A stretch of DNA of 64,000 nt from the human T2T-CHM13v2.0 reference genome, Homo sapiens: the NCBI RefSeq assembly GCF_009914755.1, contig NC_060927.1. One strand, 5' to 3'. The notes below the pieces were generated by a model. That model worked only from the letters and a program-made list of their open reading frames with translations. It did not search any database and had not been told where the DNA came from. Each line of letters starts with the position of its first letter. The first letter of the stretch is position 1. Position numbers and translations under genes: made by a program. Of this stretch, positions 1 to 13,195 are shown piece by piece.

Positions 1-42
1 GGATAAAATACAGACATCAAGGAACAACACGTAAGATGCTAC

Positions 43-482
43 TGTATTAGTTTTCTATTGCTACAGTGACAAAGCACTATAAAGTTATTGTTTTAAAACA
101 ATAGAAATGTTTTCTTTTACATTACTGGAGATCAGAAGTCTAAAATCAAAGTTACATTCCTTCTGGAGTCTTCAGGCTATTTTCTGCTTCTAGAGGCCCC
201 TTGCATCCTTTGGCTCATAGGCCCTTCCTCCATTTTGAAAGTGTATCACTCCAACCTCTGGTTCTGAGTGATACAACATCATACTTTAATCCTCCTGTCT
301 CACTTTAATAACCCTTGTGATTACATTGGGACCACCCATATAATCCAGAATAATCTCCACATCTCAAGGTCCTTAACTAAATCACAACTGCAAAGTACTT
401 TTTGCTACAGAAGTTAATATATTCAAAGGATCCAAACATAAGGATGCAAACATCTTTGGAGGGCTAGTGGCTATTTACTACA
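43..482 (-). mobile_element. MLT1-type (MaLR) solo LTR, old
   Basis: Starts TGTATTAGTTTTCTATTGCT. Contains MLT1 antisense motifs (ggagatcagaagtctaaaatcaa; ccttgtgattacattggg...ataatccagaataatctcc; aaatcacaactgcaaagt). Subfamily uncertain. Confidence 0.8.
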
Positions 483-2145
483 GTTATTAACCACCACATT
501 GCATCAATACTATAATGTCCATTGGCTGAAAAATCTTAATAAATCTACTAACATTTTCCTACTAGGCCATAAATATGAATACTTTGTACTCAAGATACAG
601 ATGAGTCAAGATATAGAGTTAGGGCAATGTTTTCAGCTCTAAAACAACAACAAAAGAGCTATCTAGTAGCAATTTTAAAAAACTAATATATTTATACAAT
701 TTCAAAAAATGAAGAGGAAAAGAAACTAGTTCAGAATATTTTCTGATTATTGTATGTAATAAAAGAAAAAGATAATAAACTATGACACATGTAAATTAAG
801 TATAAAATCTCCACTCTTAAATTATGAATAACACTGAAAGCCACCTTAATCATGTGAATTACATGCCTAAGTATAATTTGATTGAATATATTATAAATCA
901 TACAACTTTAAATGTGCCTAAGACTTTTCATTTTGGGGAAATAAAGAGATTCATTTTTACTTAACACATCAATTAAAATTTGTAATTGCCATTATATGTT
1001 AGAATTCCATTAATGGCTAAGCAAATAAATATTTTAATCATAAAATTTAAAATCATAATTAAACTGTGATAAAATATAAAGTTAACTATAGAAGGTTTGA
1101 ATAAAACAAAAAAAAATCTCATCAAGCACTTTGCTTTTGATTATCCTGCTATTGATCTCTTCTATCGGTAAGTACAGTACCTAGAATTTCAGAGTTTTGT
1201 TATTGGAAAGAGATTGGCAGTTGTTCAAGTAAATGGGTTCCCTTTACAAATCAGCAGAATAAAGTAGAATAATTCAGTGATTTATACAAGGTCATAACAC
1301 TAATTAATGTTAAATAATATCTCTAAATATATAGTCTTATAAAGCAGACTTTTTCTGAACACATTGTGAAAACTCATTTTAACACATTAGTGCTATTTTG
1401 TGTCTAAGGGGTTTGAGTAGAGAATTATTTTACTCTGTTATTTTTTTCAAGAGGTTTTACTCTTACATAATAGTTGACTTATATCCTAAAAAATGCTAAC
1501 ATGGCAAGCTTAGTTCACTATCTTTCAGTTCAAAAAAAGTCTATTTACATGCTAAGAAATATTAAATTTTACAAGTTATTTTAATTTCATAGAAAATTAA
1601 GTATAGATGACAAAACATTTAAACAACATATATATCCCAAAATTGGTTCAATGTGTAATATCAATGTTAAGTAAAATATTGCATTTGTCTTGATAACATC
1701 ATGTATTTAGAAAATGATTATTCATGAGTAAATGTATATTCCATATAAAATGTCTATAGCACTTATTAATTCTTTATGCTTAATGAAATGTCTTATTTCC
1801 TAGATTAAAATGTTGTTTCATCGACTTGTTTTATATTTCACTATGGCAGAATAAAAATGTAAACATTTCAATAACAAATGCTTTTGAAGGAATGCTAAAC
1901 TCATTGGAAGATAATTGCTGTAAGTAATTAAATATCCTCATAACGGGTACCTTCAGCATTATATTTATAATATTTTTGGAATGTCAAAATATATATATAT
2001 TTAATAAGTATAGCTGAAAGTTAAATTTGGTGGTCAATTTTAAATTAAATAATATAAAGTTGATTCTGAAACTTTTGTGCAAACCTTAAAGCATCTGGAC
2101 CATTAAAAAATTTAATCTTTCAAAATGACATCTCCCAAAAGTGAT

Positions 2146-2280
2146 GAATATTGGAGTTTGTTTTAACTTCATGTTATTTTATTGGCTACATTGGTATAGT
2201 CAGAAATGTCCAAATATTTGAATTGGTTTTACCTTTGTGTTATTTTATTGGCTACATTGTTTAGTATAGTCAGTATGTCC
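2146..2280. repeat. Diverged ~66-70 bp tandem duplication
   Basis: tgttattttattggctacattg...gtatagtcag..atgtcc occurs twice in tandem, with similar upstream segments. Confidence 0.8.
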
Positions 2281-2538
2281 TGAGACATCATTAAAGAGAT
2301 TCTTTATTAGAAATAAATGTATATGCTAAAGCCTAAATAAGCATATTACTTTTTATAATACAGTATACTTTGAAAAATTTTAGAAATAAATTTAAACAAT
2401 TAATTACATAATGCCTTACTACTGAGTATTACATTTGGAGTTAGATACATGCTGAGACTCCATCTATAGAATATAAGGACCAAACAACAAAACCGATCTG
2501 AGAGAAGAAGAGGAAGAATAAGGAAGAGGAAAGAGGAG

Positions 2539-2922
2539 TGCTATGGACTCAATGTTTGTGTTACCCAAAATTTGTGTGTTGAAGCCCTAATCTCTAATGT
2601 GATTGTATTTGGAGGTGGGGCCTCTGGGTGGGTAATTAGCCCTAGATGAAGTTATGAGGGTGGAGCCTCCATGATAAGACTAGTGTTGTTATGAGAAGAG
2701 GAAGAAACCAGTGCTCTCTCTCCCTCTATGCCATATGAGGACACAGAGATAAGGCAGCCATCTACAAGCCAGGTAAGAGACTCCGGCAGACACTGACTCT
2801 GCCATCTGCCAATGTCTTGATCTTAGGATTCCTGACATCTAGAACTGTGAGAAATAAATATTTGTTATTTTAGCCACCCAGTCTACAGCATTTTGCTATA
2901 GCGGCCCAAGAAGACTAAAACA
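2539..2922 (+). mobile_element. MLT1A/MLT1A0-like solo LTR
   Basis: 5' end TGCTATGGACTCAATGTTTGTG, AATAAA near 2853 and 3' end GACTAAAACA. Flanked by purine-rich low-complexity DNA. Confidence 0.85.
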
Positions 2923-4399
2923 CAAAGGGAAAGGGGAAGGGCAAAAGAGGAGGAAGAAGAGGAGGAAAAGAAAGAAAATCTTGGTAAAATTTACTGTTAG
3001 ATTGCAGGTTGAGATAACCTGATTAACTGATACTTTTGCTTTTCAACTGATGATATCAGTATTGTGTCAAGAAAGCCAAAATAAGTTTCCATCAAATCAT
3101 CTGTACATAAAATACTGCTGTTTAATAGATAATAATGTTTATATAATATAAAGCACACTATTTGTTCATTTATAATTCAGTACATTATGTACTTATATAT
3201 CTTATTCTACAGGTATAATGCACAATAAGATGAATGAACAATGATGTAGCCACACATCTCTGTCAATGACAGAATGCATACACTGAAATGTATTTGTCAA
3301 AAGTCTGCCCCCGAGGTAAATGCACATGTAACTGTAATTCTTATAAACATCCTTATGATCTGAGAAGTGACTCTATACTGTCTTGCCTTAGGGACCCCTC
3401 ACAGATTCCTACTGTGAATCAATGATTCCTGATTACTGTGATCCCCAAAACTGCAACTTCCTTTACCTCTAAAAGAGGGTTAATAATAGTCACTGTTTCA
3501 CAGGAGTTTTAAGGATTAAATACGTCTTGCATATAAGGCACTTAGCATGATGTCTAACACCAAGTAAACACTTTCTATATGACAGAAATTTATTATTTAT
3601 CTATCTATTTCCATATTTAATGTCTAAAATGGATTTAGCTGTACATTTTCTAAGGTATTAGATATTTGAAATCTCATTAGCCAGTGTAATGGAGCGAAAA
3701 ACATAACCAATGAAAACAATGGATAAGCATATTTTAAACCCATAGCTAGATGTTTGATGGATAGAGTTGTACTTTGTTTAATACACTGTTATGTTTCTTG
3801 TGAATCTTAGAGATGCTCTATCAAACATAGAAATAGTATCAGGAACTCAGCATTCATTGATGAATTATAACTCCTCTAAAAATTTATAGTGAAATGTTTA
3901 TTTTGCTTTATTATCCTAATTCAGCCTTTTAAGTGAACAATTTTTAATTTCCCTAGAGTAAAATTTTATAATGAACTCTGTAAGACAGGAGAGTATATAC
4001 AGAAAATTCATTTACACTTAGCTTGTTAACAGTTCAAGTATTAAAGAGGGATTCATATATTTGAATTTATTTTCTAAGGGAATCTCTTTAAATTCAAGTA
4101 TATTTCCATAAATCTGTTATGTTAGTCCTCTCATAAGAATGTCTTCCAAAACTATAATGTCAGCATAATTTTAATCACTGGTATTGACTTTCTTCTAGTA
4201 AGGCAATGGTAAAATGATACTCTACTAATTTTCTCAGATTCTGGACAATTCAATACAATGAAATTGTAACTTATCTTGTAGAACTCTAAATCCTAAAAGA
4301 CTAAACCCAATTTCCAAAAGTTTTTAACTTAATATCACAGTAAATATTGGAGGAAAAAGTTGTATTATTGAAGTTTCAAAGCTGGTCAATTCGTTTTTC

Positions 4400-4660
4400 A
4401 TATTTTCAAATTTTAGAACAGTTTTGGATTTAAAAAAAAATTGTAACAGCTTTCCCTATTATAAACAACTTATATTAGTGTAGTACATTTATTAAAATTA
4501 AGAAACCAATATTGTTACATTATTATTAAAGTCTATGCATTATTCAGGTATTCTTAGTTTTTACCTATTGTCTTTTTTCTATCCCAGGATCCCATCCAGG
4601 ATGCCTTCACTACATTTCGTTGTCTTTTCTCTTCAGGTTCCTTTTGGCTGTAACAGTTCA
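4400..4660 (-). mobile_element. L1MC-type 3' end fragment
   Basis: ttttagaacagtttt...gaaaccaatattg.tacattattattaa...cccaggatcccatccaggat resembles the L1MC 3'UTR in antisense. Confidence 0.6.
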
Positions 4661-5748
4661 TATTTAATATTTTTGACTGATTTTCCAGTAGTTTTGTTTT
4701 TTTAAATTTATTCCTTAAATTAGTCTTTCCTTTGGAATATTAAAGTTTATAGTAGTAGACATACATTAGTATTCTTAGGAGGACTGGTGGACTCGGATCT
4801 ATATTGATCTTGTCTTTGAAGATCAAACCTATTAAATCTCAAATTTGTTTTGTACTAGAGCATTCTTCACACAAACACTTGTGTCACTGAGAATTAATTG
4901 ATCTTCTTACTATTAAATGCAAGTTAGCTCAGCTATTGTGCATGCAAATAATTTTTTCTTGTAACTTTTGCTGTCTCTGGCAAAGAAATAAATAGAATTT
5001 ATTTCTAAATTATCCATAAGTATAGATACAACATCTTCTTACAATGCACTGGTACTCGTATTCGAATCTTAATATGACTAAACATATAATAACATCCTAT
5101 TGAATCTGTTGCAGTTCTTAGTGGTGAAAACTGAGGAATGAAAACATTTAATTTTTTTAAAGGCCAGTCAAGAATATGCCCTTTCATTGAATTTGTTCTG
5201 CAGAGCAGATATCAGAAAGAGGGCTTAAATTTAAGTGAGGGGCATAAAAATTCACTATGAAAACATTTTTGCAAACATGTGCATCAATAGAAAACCACAA
5301 ATCTGTTAAAAATCATTTTATATGGAACTTTCTAATAAAATATGAGGGTATATAACAAAAAAAGTCTCTAATGGCTGAAAGAATAGAGGAAGTACTCAAA
5401 ACTGCCTAAATTATTCCCTTAATTAAGATAGTACACTGAAAATTTTAGCCTAAAGTTTGATAGAAAAATAAAATCAGAAATTACTGTGAAACAGCATCAC
5501 ACTCAAGAAGGTCCAGCATCCAGAGGAGAAAAAAAATTCATTAGGATCATTCCAAATATAATGGCAATAAAATAAAACTGTTGAAAAGATAGAGACACTT
5601 GAACAAAAATTTAACAGTAATTCTTAAGAAGATTCAAGTACAAAACACACACAGACAGAAATTCAAACTTCTTTTTGAAAAAGAAAGTTTGAATTGTTGA
5701 TATCTCTCTAAACTTCTAAAACAAATATCTCTATGTTATTTTAAATAC

Positions 5749-6954
5749 TGATGGCAGTGATGGCTCCAGATGGCCTGCCACTGCCATCACAGCAGCTGCA
5801 GCAGGGAGGCCAGGGCTGCACGCTCCATGGAACCAGTGGGAGCTGGGGACAAGCAGAAGCCCCACCTCTTCCAATCTGAGGTGGAAGCAGCTCCCCAGGT
5901 GATGGGTGCTGCTGCAGACCCAAACCCTGGCTACATACCCAGGCCTCGCACTCCACAGAGCAGGCAGGACCCCCATCCCTCTGGGCAGGGCTACAGCCAC
6001 CCAAGTTGTGGCTGCAGATTCAAACCTCCCTGTGCTACTGGGGGACCAAGAGCAGGCAGAACCCTGCCCTCATTGGCCCAGCTGCAGCTGCCCAAACCAT
6101 GGCTGCAGACTTGAGCCTCCTGCTCCACAGAGCAGACAGGAGCCAGGACTGCCTCCCTCACTCTGCCTTTGCAGGCTGAGAAGTGCTTGCTCAAGGGCAT
6201 ACTCTAATCTGGGAGCAAAGTCTGGTGAACCTTGGCACCATAAAGGCAGCAGGAAGCAGATTCCTGGGCAGAAGGGGGAGGGTCCCTGGTGAGGCCCCAC
6301 TTTCAGGCCAAGGAGGGCCTGAAGGCTGGGGGCAGACTGCCAGTCCCACAACCAGAGTGGGATCTTGTGGTGCGTTTGCCACCAGCCCATTGCCTCCCAT
6401 GGACCAATTGACATGCACTTCCTCCCATCTGAGGCCCATAAAGGCCCCAGGCTCAGCCAGAGCTCAGCAGATGACAGGAGGACCAGCTGCAGAGAGGAGC
6501 TACCCTCCCTGCTGAGAGCTTCAGAGACCTGCAGAGATGTCAGGACTACCAGCTACAGAGAAGAGCAACCCACTCCAGGGCCTCCTCTCTGCTAGAAGCT
6601 GGGAAGACATTGGAATGATCAGCAGCAGAGAGGAGCCACCCTCTCCAGGGCTTCCTCTCTGCTGAGAGCTGCAAACATCTGGACAACCTGCCTACAGAGA
6701 GGAGCCACCCTCTCCAGGCCTCCTCTCTGCTGAAAGCTGCAGACGTCAGGATGACCTACCTACAGAGAAGAGCTAACTACAGTGGGTCTCCTCCTAGCAC
6801 TCCTAACACTCAATAAATCTCCTCTTCATTTTGCTCACCCTCCACTTGTCTGCATACCTCATTCTTCCTGGATGCAGGACAAGAACTTGGGCAGAGGTGC
6901 CACTGGCCACAGAGGTTTGTGGCCAGAAAAGTGACACCCAAAGATTCCGTGATA
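5749..6954 (+). mobile_element. MER52-like ERV1 solo LTR
   Basis: GC-rich 1.2-kb block starting TGATGGCAG. Internal tandem units (agagaggagc.accc.ctcc...cctctctgctga) at 6480-6790, AATAAA at 6812, and an imperfect 4-bp TSD (atac/atat). Explains the ORF cluster at 5731-6595. Confidence 0.85.
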
Positions 6955-6961
6955 ATATCAC

Positions 6962-7265
<304 letters not shown>

Positions 7266-7439
7266 TAACAAGCCCATATTACTTTAATTCCAAACTAGTA
7301 TGACTCCAATTCCAAAACTAGATTATAATGGTATAAAAATAAAACTACTAATCTCATCTGTTAGTCAAAAAATATCAAGTAAAATATCAGTAAACTGAAT
7401 ATAGTAATTTATGAAAATAATATCATTCTAAAACTCTCA

Positions 7440-7930
7440 CAGACAATTGTCATAGCAGTAGCAGCCAACACCTTTGGCACACTTGTCTTCTATCCTGGTA
7501 ACTTCGCACAGTCAATAGCTCAAATCTCCATTTAGAAAGCAGAGCTTACCTACCAGCCTCCCTGGCTTCCACCTATAGGAATCTTTGATTCATAAGAGAA
7601 GGCGTAAGCATACAAATTTCACTTTGTTGTGGGAGAAGGAGAAAGAGACTTCAAGTTATAAAACCTAAAGTAGCTAAACTCCTGAAAGAAAGTCCCTTTG
7701 TTCAGCATCATCAGAATATTGTTTATTTTCTTCCATATCTGTGCCCAGCTTAATTGGACCCACACCTGCAAGCAGAATGTTGATGAAATTTGTGCATTTT
7801 TCAATCTGAAAGGCTCTGAACTCTACTGGAGACTTACTGAATTGCTAATACACTACAATAAATTTATTTTCTTTCTGCTTAAACTTTTCAGAAGTGGATC
7901 TGCTATTTGCAAGGAAGAATTGTGACTGAG
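7440..7930 (+). mobile_element. Possible ancient ERVL/MaLR-type LTR remnant
   Basis: The 3' end aataaatttattttctttctgcttaaact...ctgctatttgcaa...actga resembles LTR16/LTR33/MLT1-type ends. 5' boundary unclear. Confidence 0.35.
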
Positions 7931-8990
7931 ATGAGCTGTTTAAAATAGTAATTCAAATATCTTTAAATGGTGGGCAATTTATCAATAGATTTATTTCATC
8001 AACAAATTAAGAGAAAACACATATGATTACATTGACAATGCCAAAATGACAGTTGATTATGCTGAAAATATGTGTAGTAAACACCTAAACAAGATAGCAG
8101 TAGACTTTTTCACCAAAAGGTTAATGACAATCTTGTTCAAACTCTATATATATTATATAAATGTAAACCACTATTTAGCTATAAAACCAGCAGTACATCT
8201 GGATATATATGTAAAGACATAGAGAGTAGAAATTTTCATACTGACAAAAATTGCAAAGTGAATGTCCTTCAATAAGAGAATGGTTAAATAAACAACGACT
8301 TATCTCAAAAATGCAACATTATTAAGCCATTTAAAAGAATGATTATTCCAAATGATTTAAAGTAATTCCATCAGGTGTTATTGAGTGAAAATAGAAAGAT
8401 ACAGGTTAAAGTGTGAAATATTATCTTCATGTTTTAAAAAAATCAAAACACGACCAAAACATTCCACATATATATATACCATATAAACACATACAAACAT
8501 GTAGAGAGTTACATAACTCAAAAGAAGAAAAGGAAGGAACAAACCTTCGTTCTTTAGCATGGATTAGAGCTTGGTCATGGGATGGGGAGAAGTTAAGGAG
8601 GGAAGGACAGGGGTTTTTATTGGAGTAGGTGGAAGATGTTAGGGGTGGTAAAAAAAAATTTAAGGGGAAAAAAGAAATAGAGATACAGAAAATACAAAAA
8701 TAAAAGAAAGATGACATCAAAACATAAAGCAGCATGTATATAATTCCCTTCATGTAATTTGCAAGCATTGAACATAAAAGATATAGTTTCTTCATAGCAT
8801 AAGTATATGTAGGTAAATATTGTGAGAAGTTTCCTAAGTGATGACTATGTGCTTTTGGGATGGAACATGATAGAGCATGATCAGATCATTGCTGTTTGTT
8901 TTTACTCTTATTTTCATTGTCAGCCTTTAGTGTTATTTGACATTTTAAATTACATGTATTCTTTTGAGAAAATTAATACAAAATAGTTTA

Positions 8991-11954
8991 GATTTCTCCC
9001 TCCAGCCATGACCATATCCAGGAAGAAGGCGGGGGCTGCCGTCTGTCAGAAGCCTCCCTAGGGCAACGGCTCTGCCTTGCTGGGCCCAGGAAATGAAGCA
9101 GGCACTTCCAGCAAGAGGCACACGCGGCGGAAGCACTGCAACAGCAGCAGCGGCAAGGACAGCAGCAACGACCTTGAGGACGGTCTGGAGCTCCACTGGG
9201 CCCCCAGTGGAGACGGGATCAGGCATGCAGCAGCAGGCAAGGGCGGGCAGCGTGGCTGTGGTCATCACTCAGCCTAAGTACACCAAGGAACACATCAAAC
9301 TTGAAGGGTCGAAGTACAATGGGCAACTTTTGATTTGAAGGGCAGTCAACTGGGACTTGACTGGTTGAAAGGAAGTGCCTAAACAGCAAAAGCTGCTTAC
9401 GGCAATCTCAGTCAGAATTTGTGAGGGGCCTCAGATATGTGGGTACCTGGTAGTGCCCAGGTGTGGGCAGTGGTTTCTGGTTAGTGTGCTGCTCACAGCC
9501 TCCTCATCACCATAGAAGGGAAGCTGTGGAGCTGCTGTGGACAAGAGAAGGGGCATCTGGGACATGACAACACCAAGAGAGAGGAAGCTCCCAGACTCAT
9601 CAAAGGTCTTAGCCATGAAGTGATCCTGCCGGCAGCATGTGGGCAGAACCACACACTGACCTTGACAGAAACCAGCTCCTTGTTCACATTTGGGGAGAAC
9701 AAGATGGCATAGCTGGGTCGTGGTAACTAGACAGATGCTGTCCACAGCTTGGCACAGACAAGGTATAAAGGCCAGCCCATTACCAAAATGACCTGTGGAG
9801 TTGAATTCAGTGTGATAATGGACTGCAAAGGAAACCTCTTTTCCTTTGGGTGCCCTGAATATGGTCAGCTGGGAAACAATTGGATGGGAAGTTCATCACC
9901 CCGATGCAGCCATTAGAATATTACTGAAAACTGGTGCCCCTGCGATTGGCTGTCTTCATCCAGAAAACAAAAGATGGACAGATTCTGCCTGTACCAAATG
10001 GTTGAATGAGACACAGCCTGTGGCACTAACTACACGCTGGTTTTGGACTCCCAGAAGCAAGTCTTCTCAGGGCTTCATTGGCTATGGCTGGCTGGGCCAC
10101 GTGGAGCAGAAAGTTGAGACTGTTCCCCCTCGCCAGGTGAAGCTGTTTGACTTCCCTGGGCGTGGGGTGCCCCCAGATCTATGCTGGTTATGATGGTTAC
10201 ACGTGCTCTTTGCTGGCAGTGAAGTGGGTGGTCTGTTTATCTGAGGGGCCACCAACACCTCCTGTGAGTCTACCATGTACCCCAAAGCAGGGCAGAACCT
10301 CTGTGGCTGGAGAATCTGGAGCCTGGCTTGTGAGAAGAGCAACATCATTGCATAAGAGCATCACCAGCTGGGGCCCCGTTGCCAACATTCAGGCAACTGG
10401 CCTGCAGGGACCAGAAACCAAACTCTTTATAGTTCCCTGTCCAGCCAGAGCCTTGTCACAGCAGTTGCCAGTTAGAGATTTGCCAGCTGTCAAGTGCATT
10501 CTCTGGTCCTTACAAGAAGGATCAGCACTTTATGCATCAGTCTTTATTGCCTTTAGGCTTCAGTCTCTCTTTCCCGCAACCCAGACACTGACTAGTACTG
10601 GCCGTCCTGTTTCTGAAACTGGGAGTAGTGCTCTTCACTCAGCTCTCTTTGGTCTCCTTTGCTTGGCTCTGGTACCAAATAGTTGGGATTACTGAAGAGT
10701 CCCTTTCCTCACTTGTCAGCACTGATGCTGTGACCACTACCTGTATCCCAGTCAAGTGCCCTGTGCTGGAGCTTGGCACAGTGCATGCTGTGCAGCATTA
10801 GTTACAAGGTGCCCTTCCCGGAACCCTCCACTCACTTGAGCTCAAGAGAGGAAACACCTCTGGCTGGAGGGTCCTTGTTTCCAGAGAATTTGGGTTGCTT
10901 TGGTTGCTTTAAGGTAATTAATTCAGTGGTGCTTTTGGGGGAGATGAGAATAGAACTTAAGTGTGAGACTTGGGTGGATGGGCAAGTTAAATATTGGTCT
11001 TTTCAAGTTATTTATTGCTTTTTTGTTACCACTTGTCATTGTCTTCATGTTAAAATACCAAAAATGACTTGGCTGTTGCTTTTTTCTCTATTTTCCACCC
11101 AGTCCCTCCTTATGGTGACTTCTTCCCTTGCAGGGGACTTAGCAGTATCTGTCTGGGCCAGTCCCAAGGCCTTGTGGCAGGAAACCAGCCTGCATCTCTC
11201 TAAGACTTAATCTGACTATGTACTCATCTCTACTGTCCTATGTTCAATCAGGAGTCATGGGAGAAGCTTCTGCAACTTCAGAGCTTTGCTAAACTAACCT
11301 AATTTGTCCAAATCACCACAAAAGCACCATCTCCGACTCAAGCTTCCATGTGAAGGCCTAATTGGCTTCCCCGAACATATCTCTTTCCTGGAACGTGGCT
11401 CAGGGATCTGTGTTTCTTGTACCCTGGAGGTCTCCTTTGTTGTGTAGTCACCAAGAAGGTTGAGAAGGCAGCACCAAGCACCCTGCCTTTGCAGGAGATG
11501 CCCTGGGCGGGGCTGGGCTTAGAGCTTCCAGTGGACTCATGGAAAGCTGGCAGCTAGCCTTTTCTATAACCCTTGCCAAGGACTGGAGCAGGAAAAGGAT
11601 CTTTCAAGTGAAGACTGGCTCGCCCCTGCCCCATTCCTTTTGGCTGATATTTCAAAACAACTTCCTGATGTGTTAAATCCTTTAGAACAAGGAGTTGGGG
11701 TAGGGGGAGGGGTGGCATGCACTCTTAAAGAAAGGTATACAGTGGCTCTGCTGGGAATATGGCATGGTGCTGACCCCACGAGCATTTGACTGATCTTCTA
11801 GTCAGGAAAGAGAATTTGAAAGAGGCTTAGAGTGAAGGGGAATTGAAGACAGGGTTGTGATTTGGTCTAAGGTGCCAGGTTTAATGCTGTAATTTTCATA
11901 TATATTTTTTTTTTCTTGGAGTAAACTTTTGAATAAACATTGTTTAAAAAAACA
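8991..11954 (+). pseudogene. RCC2P5: RCC2 (TD-60) processed pseudogene, disabled, with an internal deletion
   Basis: Decayed start ATA TCC AGG AAG AAG at 9014 (parent MPRKK). RCC2-like peptides in shifting frames: EDGLEL, AVVITQPKYTKEHIKLEGSKYNGQLLI, GYGWLGHVEQK...VKLFDFPGRG, QIYAGY, SITSWGP. Intronless, AATAAA at 11932-11937, short A tail, 11-bp TSD AAAATAGTTTA at 8980-8990 and 11955-11965. The parent is confidently RCC2; the P5 number is from memory of its linkage to CDV3P1. Confidence 0.93.
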
Positions 11955-12439
11955 AAAATAGTTTAAAAGGAAAATCAAATACTCTTCATGTGGGCCCTAT
12001 GTCGTATTTTAACGTCCTTTCTCTTTTTGTGTGTCTGTGACTACACAAAAACACAAACTGAAAAAGAAATTAACAAAAAAATTAAGTTCATGAGAGTAAG
12101 ATTATTTGTTTTTCCCTTTTTAATTACATTGAAAAGTAAAATACTTACACACATATTTTCGTAGAAAACATGTAATAAGCCCAGCTCTTTTCTCACTCCA
12201 AAATATTTTCCCAACAACAAACAAAACTACACTTTTTACATCACTTCTGTTTATTCTGAACAATTTATACCTTACCACTCAGCTGTCTCACATGCCATGC
12301 CATTTCCTCCTTCAAGTTTTCTTAGCTCTTCCAAATACATAATAAATTGATTTTCTTAAAAATCTAAACTCTCATATAAAGTTACTTACACCTATGCTTA
12401 GAATTCAAAATATTGTTTTGTACAACAGTTTGGTCTTTA

Positions 12440-12835
12440 TTTCCTTGCCTAACACTTTCTCTTTGTCCCTGTGGTTTCATTGATCTCTGGACTGAAACTT
12501 TCCATCAGCGATCTCCCTCATGGGGAGTGCTGGCAGATAAGGAAAGAAAAGAAAGCAAAGTAAGGTATTTATCCTCCTAGTTTCTGCCCTGTGAGGTCAT
12601 CTCAGGCTGGCTGTCTTCTCTGACCTGAGGTCACTGCTGCTGTCCAGACAGGCCCCTCCATAAGCCTCTACCAAAACTTACTGTAGTTGCTTCCTTTATT
12701 CCTCATTGTAATCTTGAGCTACTCACTCTGAGATTCCCCTATATTAGCCCACTACTTTCTAATAAGCAGCTTTGTGAATTAAACATTAGTTTATCCTAAT
12801 TTGAGTGTGCCATCTCCTTCTTGTATCCCAAGTGA
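12440..12835 (+). mobile_element. LTR33-like ancient LTR
   Basis: ctgccctgtgaggtc...gctggctg...ctgaggtcactgct and the 3' end ttatcctaatttgagtgtgccatct resemble LTR33. Confidence 0.5.
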
Positions 12836-13195
12836 TATGCTTATGTAGGAAATTGTCATTTTTATAATAACACAGACCATATCTTGTGCCTCTCCTCATC
12901 TTTGTATCTAGAGCGGAGTCCCTTCAATGTAGTAGATGCTTAATCAATATGTAAACAATTGCATTGGATAACAACTTGAGATCAAAGTATTACTGGGAAT
13001 GCCATGCATTAAATGTAATTTTAAGAGAGCTACTGATTTAGTCTTCATTTAAGCAACTGTGCAAACATGTGAAGAGTTTATTTTGACAATGCAATGCCAC
13101 AAAACTGACAAAATAAGGCAAAGCTACCTGACACTTTAAAGAGTTCCTTTCGTAACAATACAAACACAAACTATTGAAATATTGTTTCTTAATAC

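Noticed and set aside
5731-6595. Cluster of 69-128 aa ORFs on both strands
   Set aside because: They overlap the GC-rich MER52-like LTR and match no recognisable protein.
6480-6790. Regularly spaced repeats superficially like a CRISPR array
   Set aside because: Degenerate tandem units intrinsic to the MER52-type LTR. There are no unique spacers and the context is eukaryotic.
10147-11210. 182-aa and 145-aa ORFs
   Set aside because: Non-ATG starts, and mostly out-of-frame or UTR-derived parts of the RCC2 pseudogene.
11697-11715. G-run cluster (possible G-quadruplex)
   Set aside because: Only three runs of 3 or more G plus a GG, and probably inherited from the RCC2 3'UTR.
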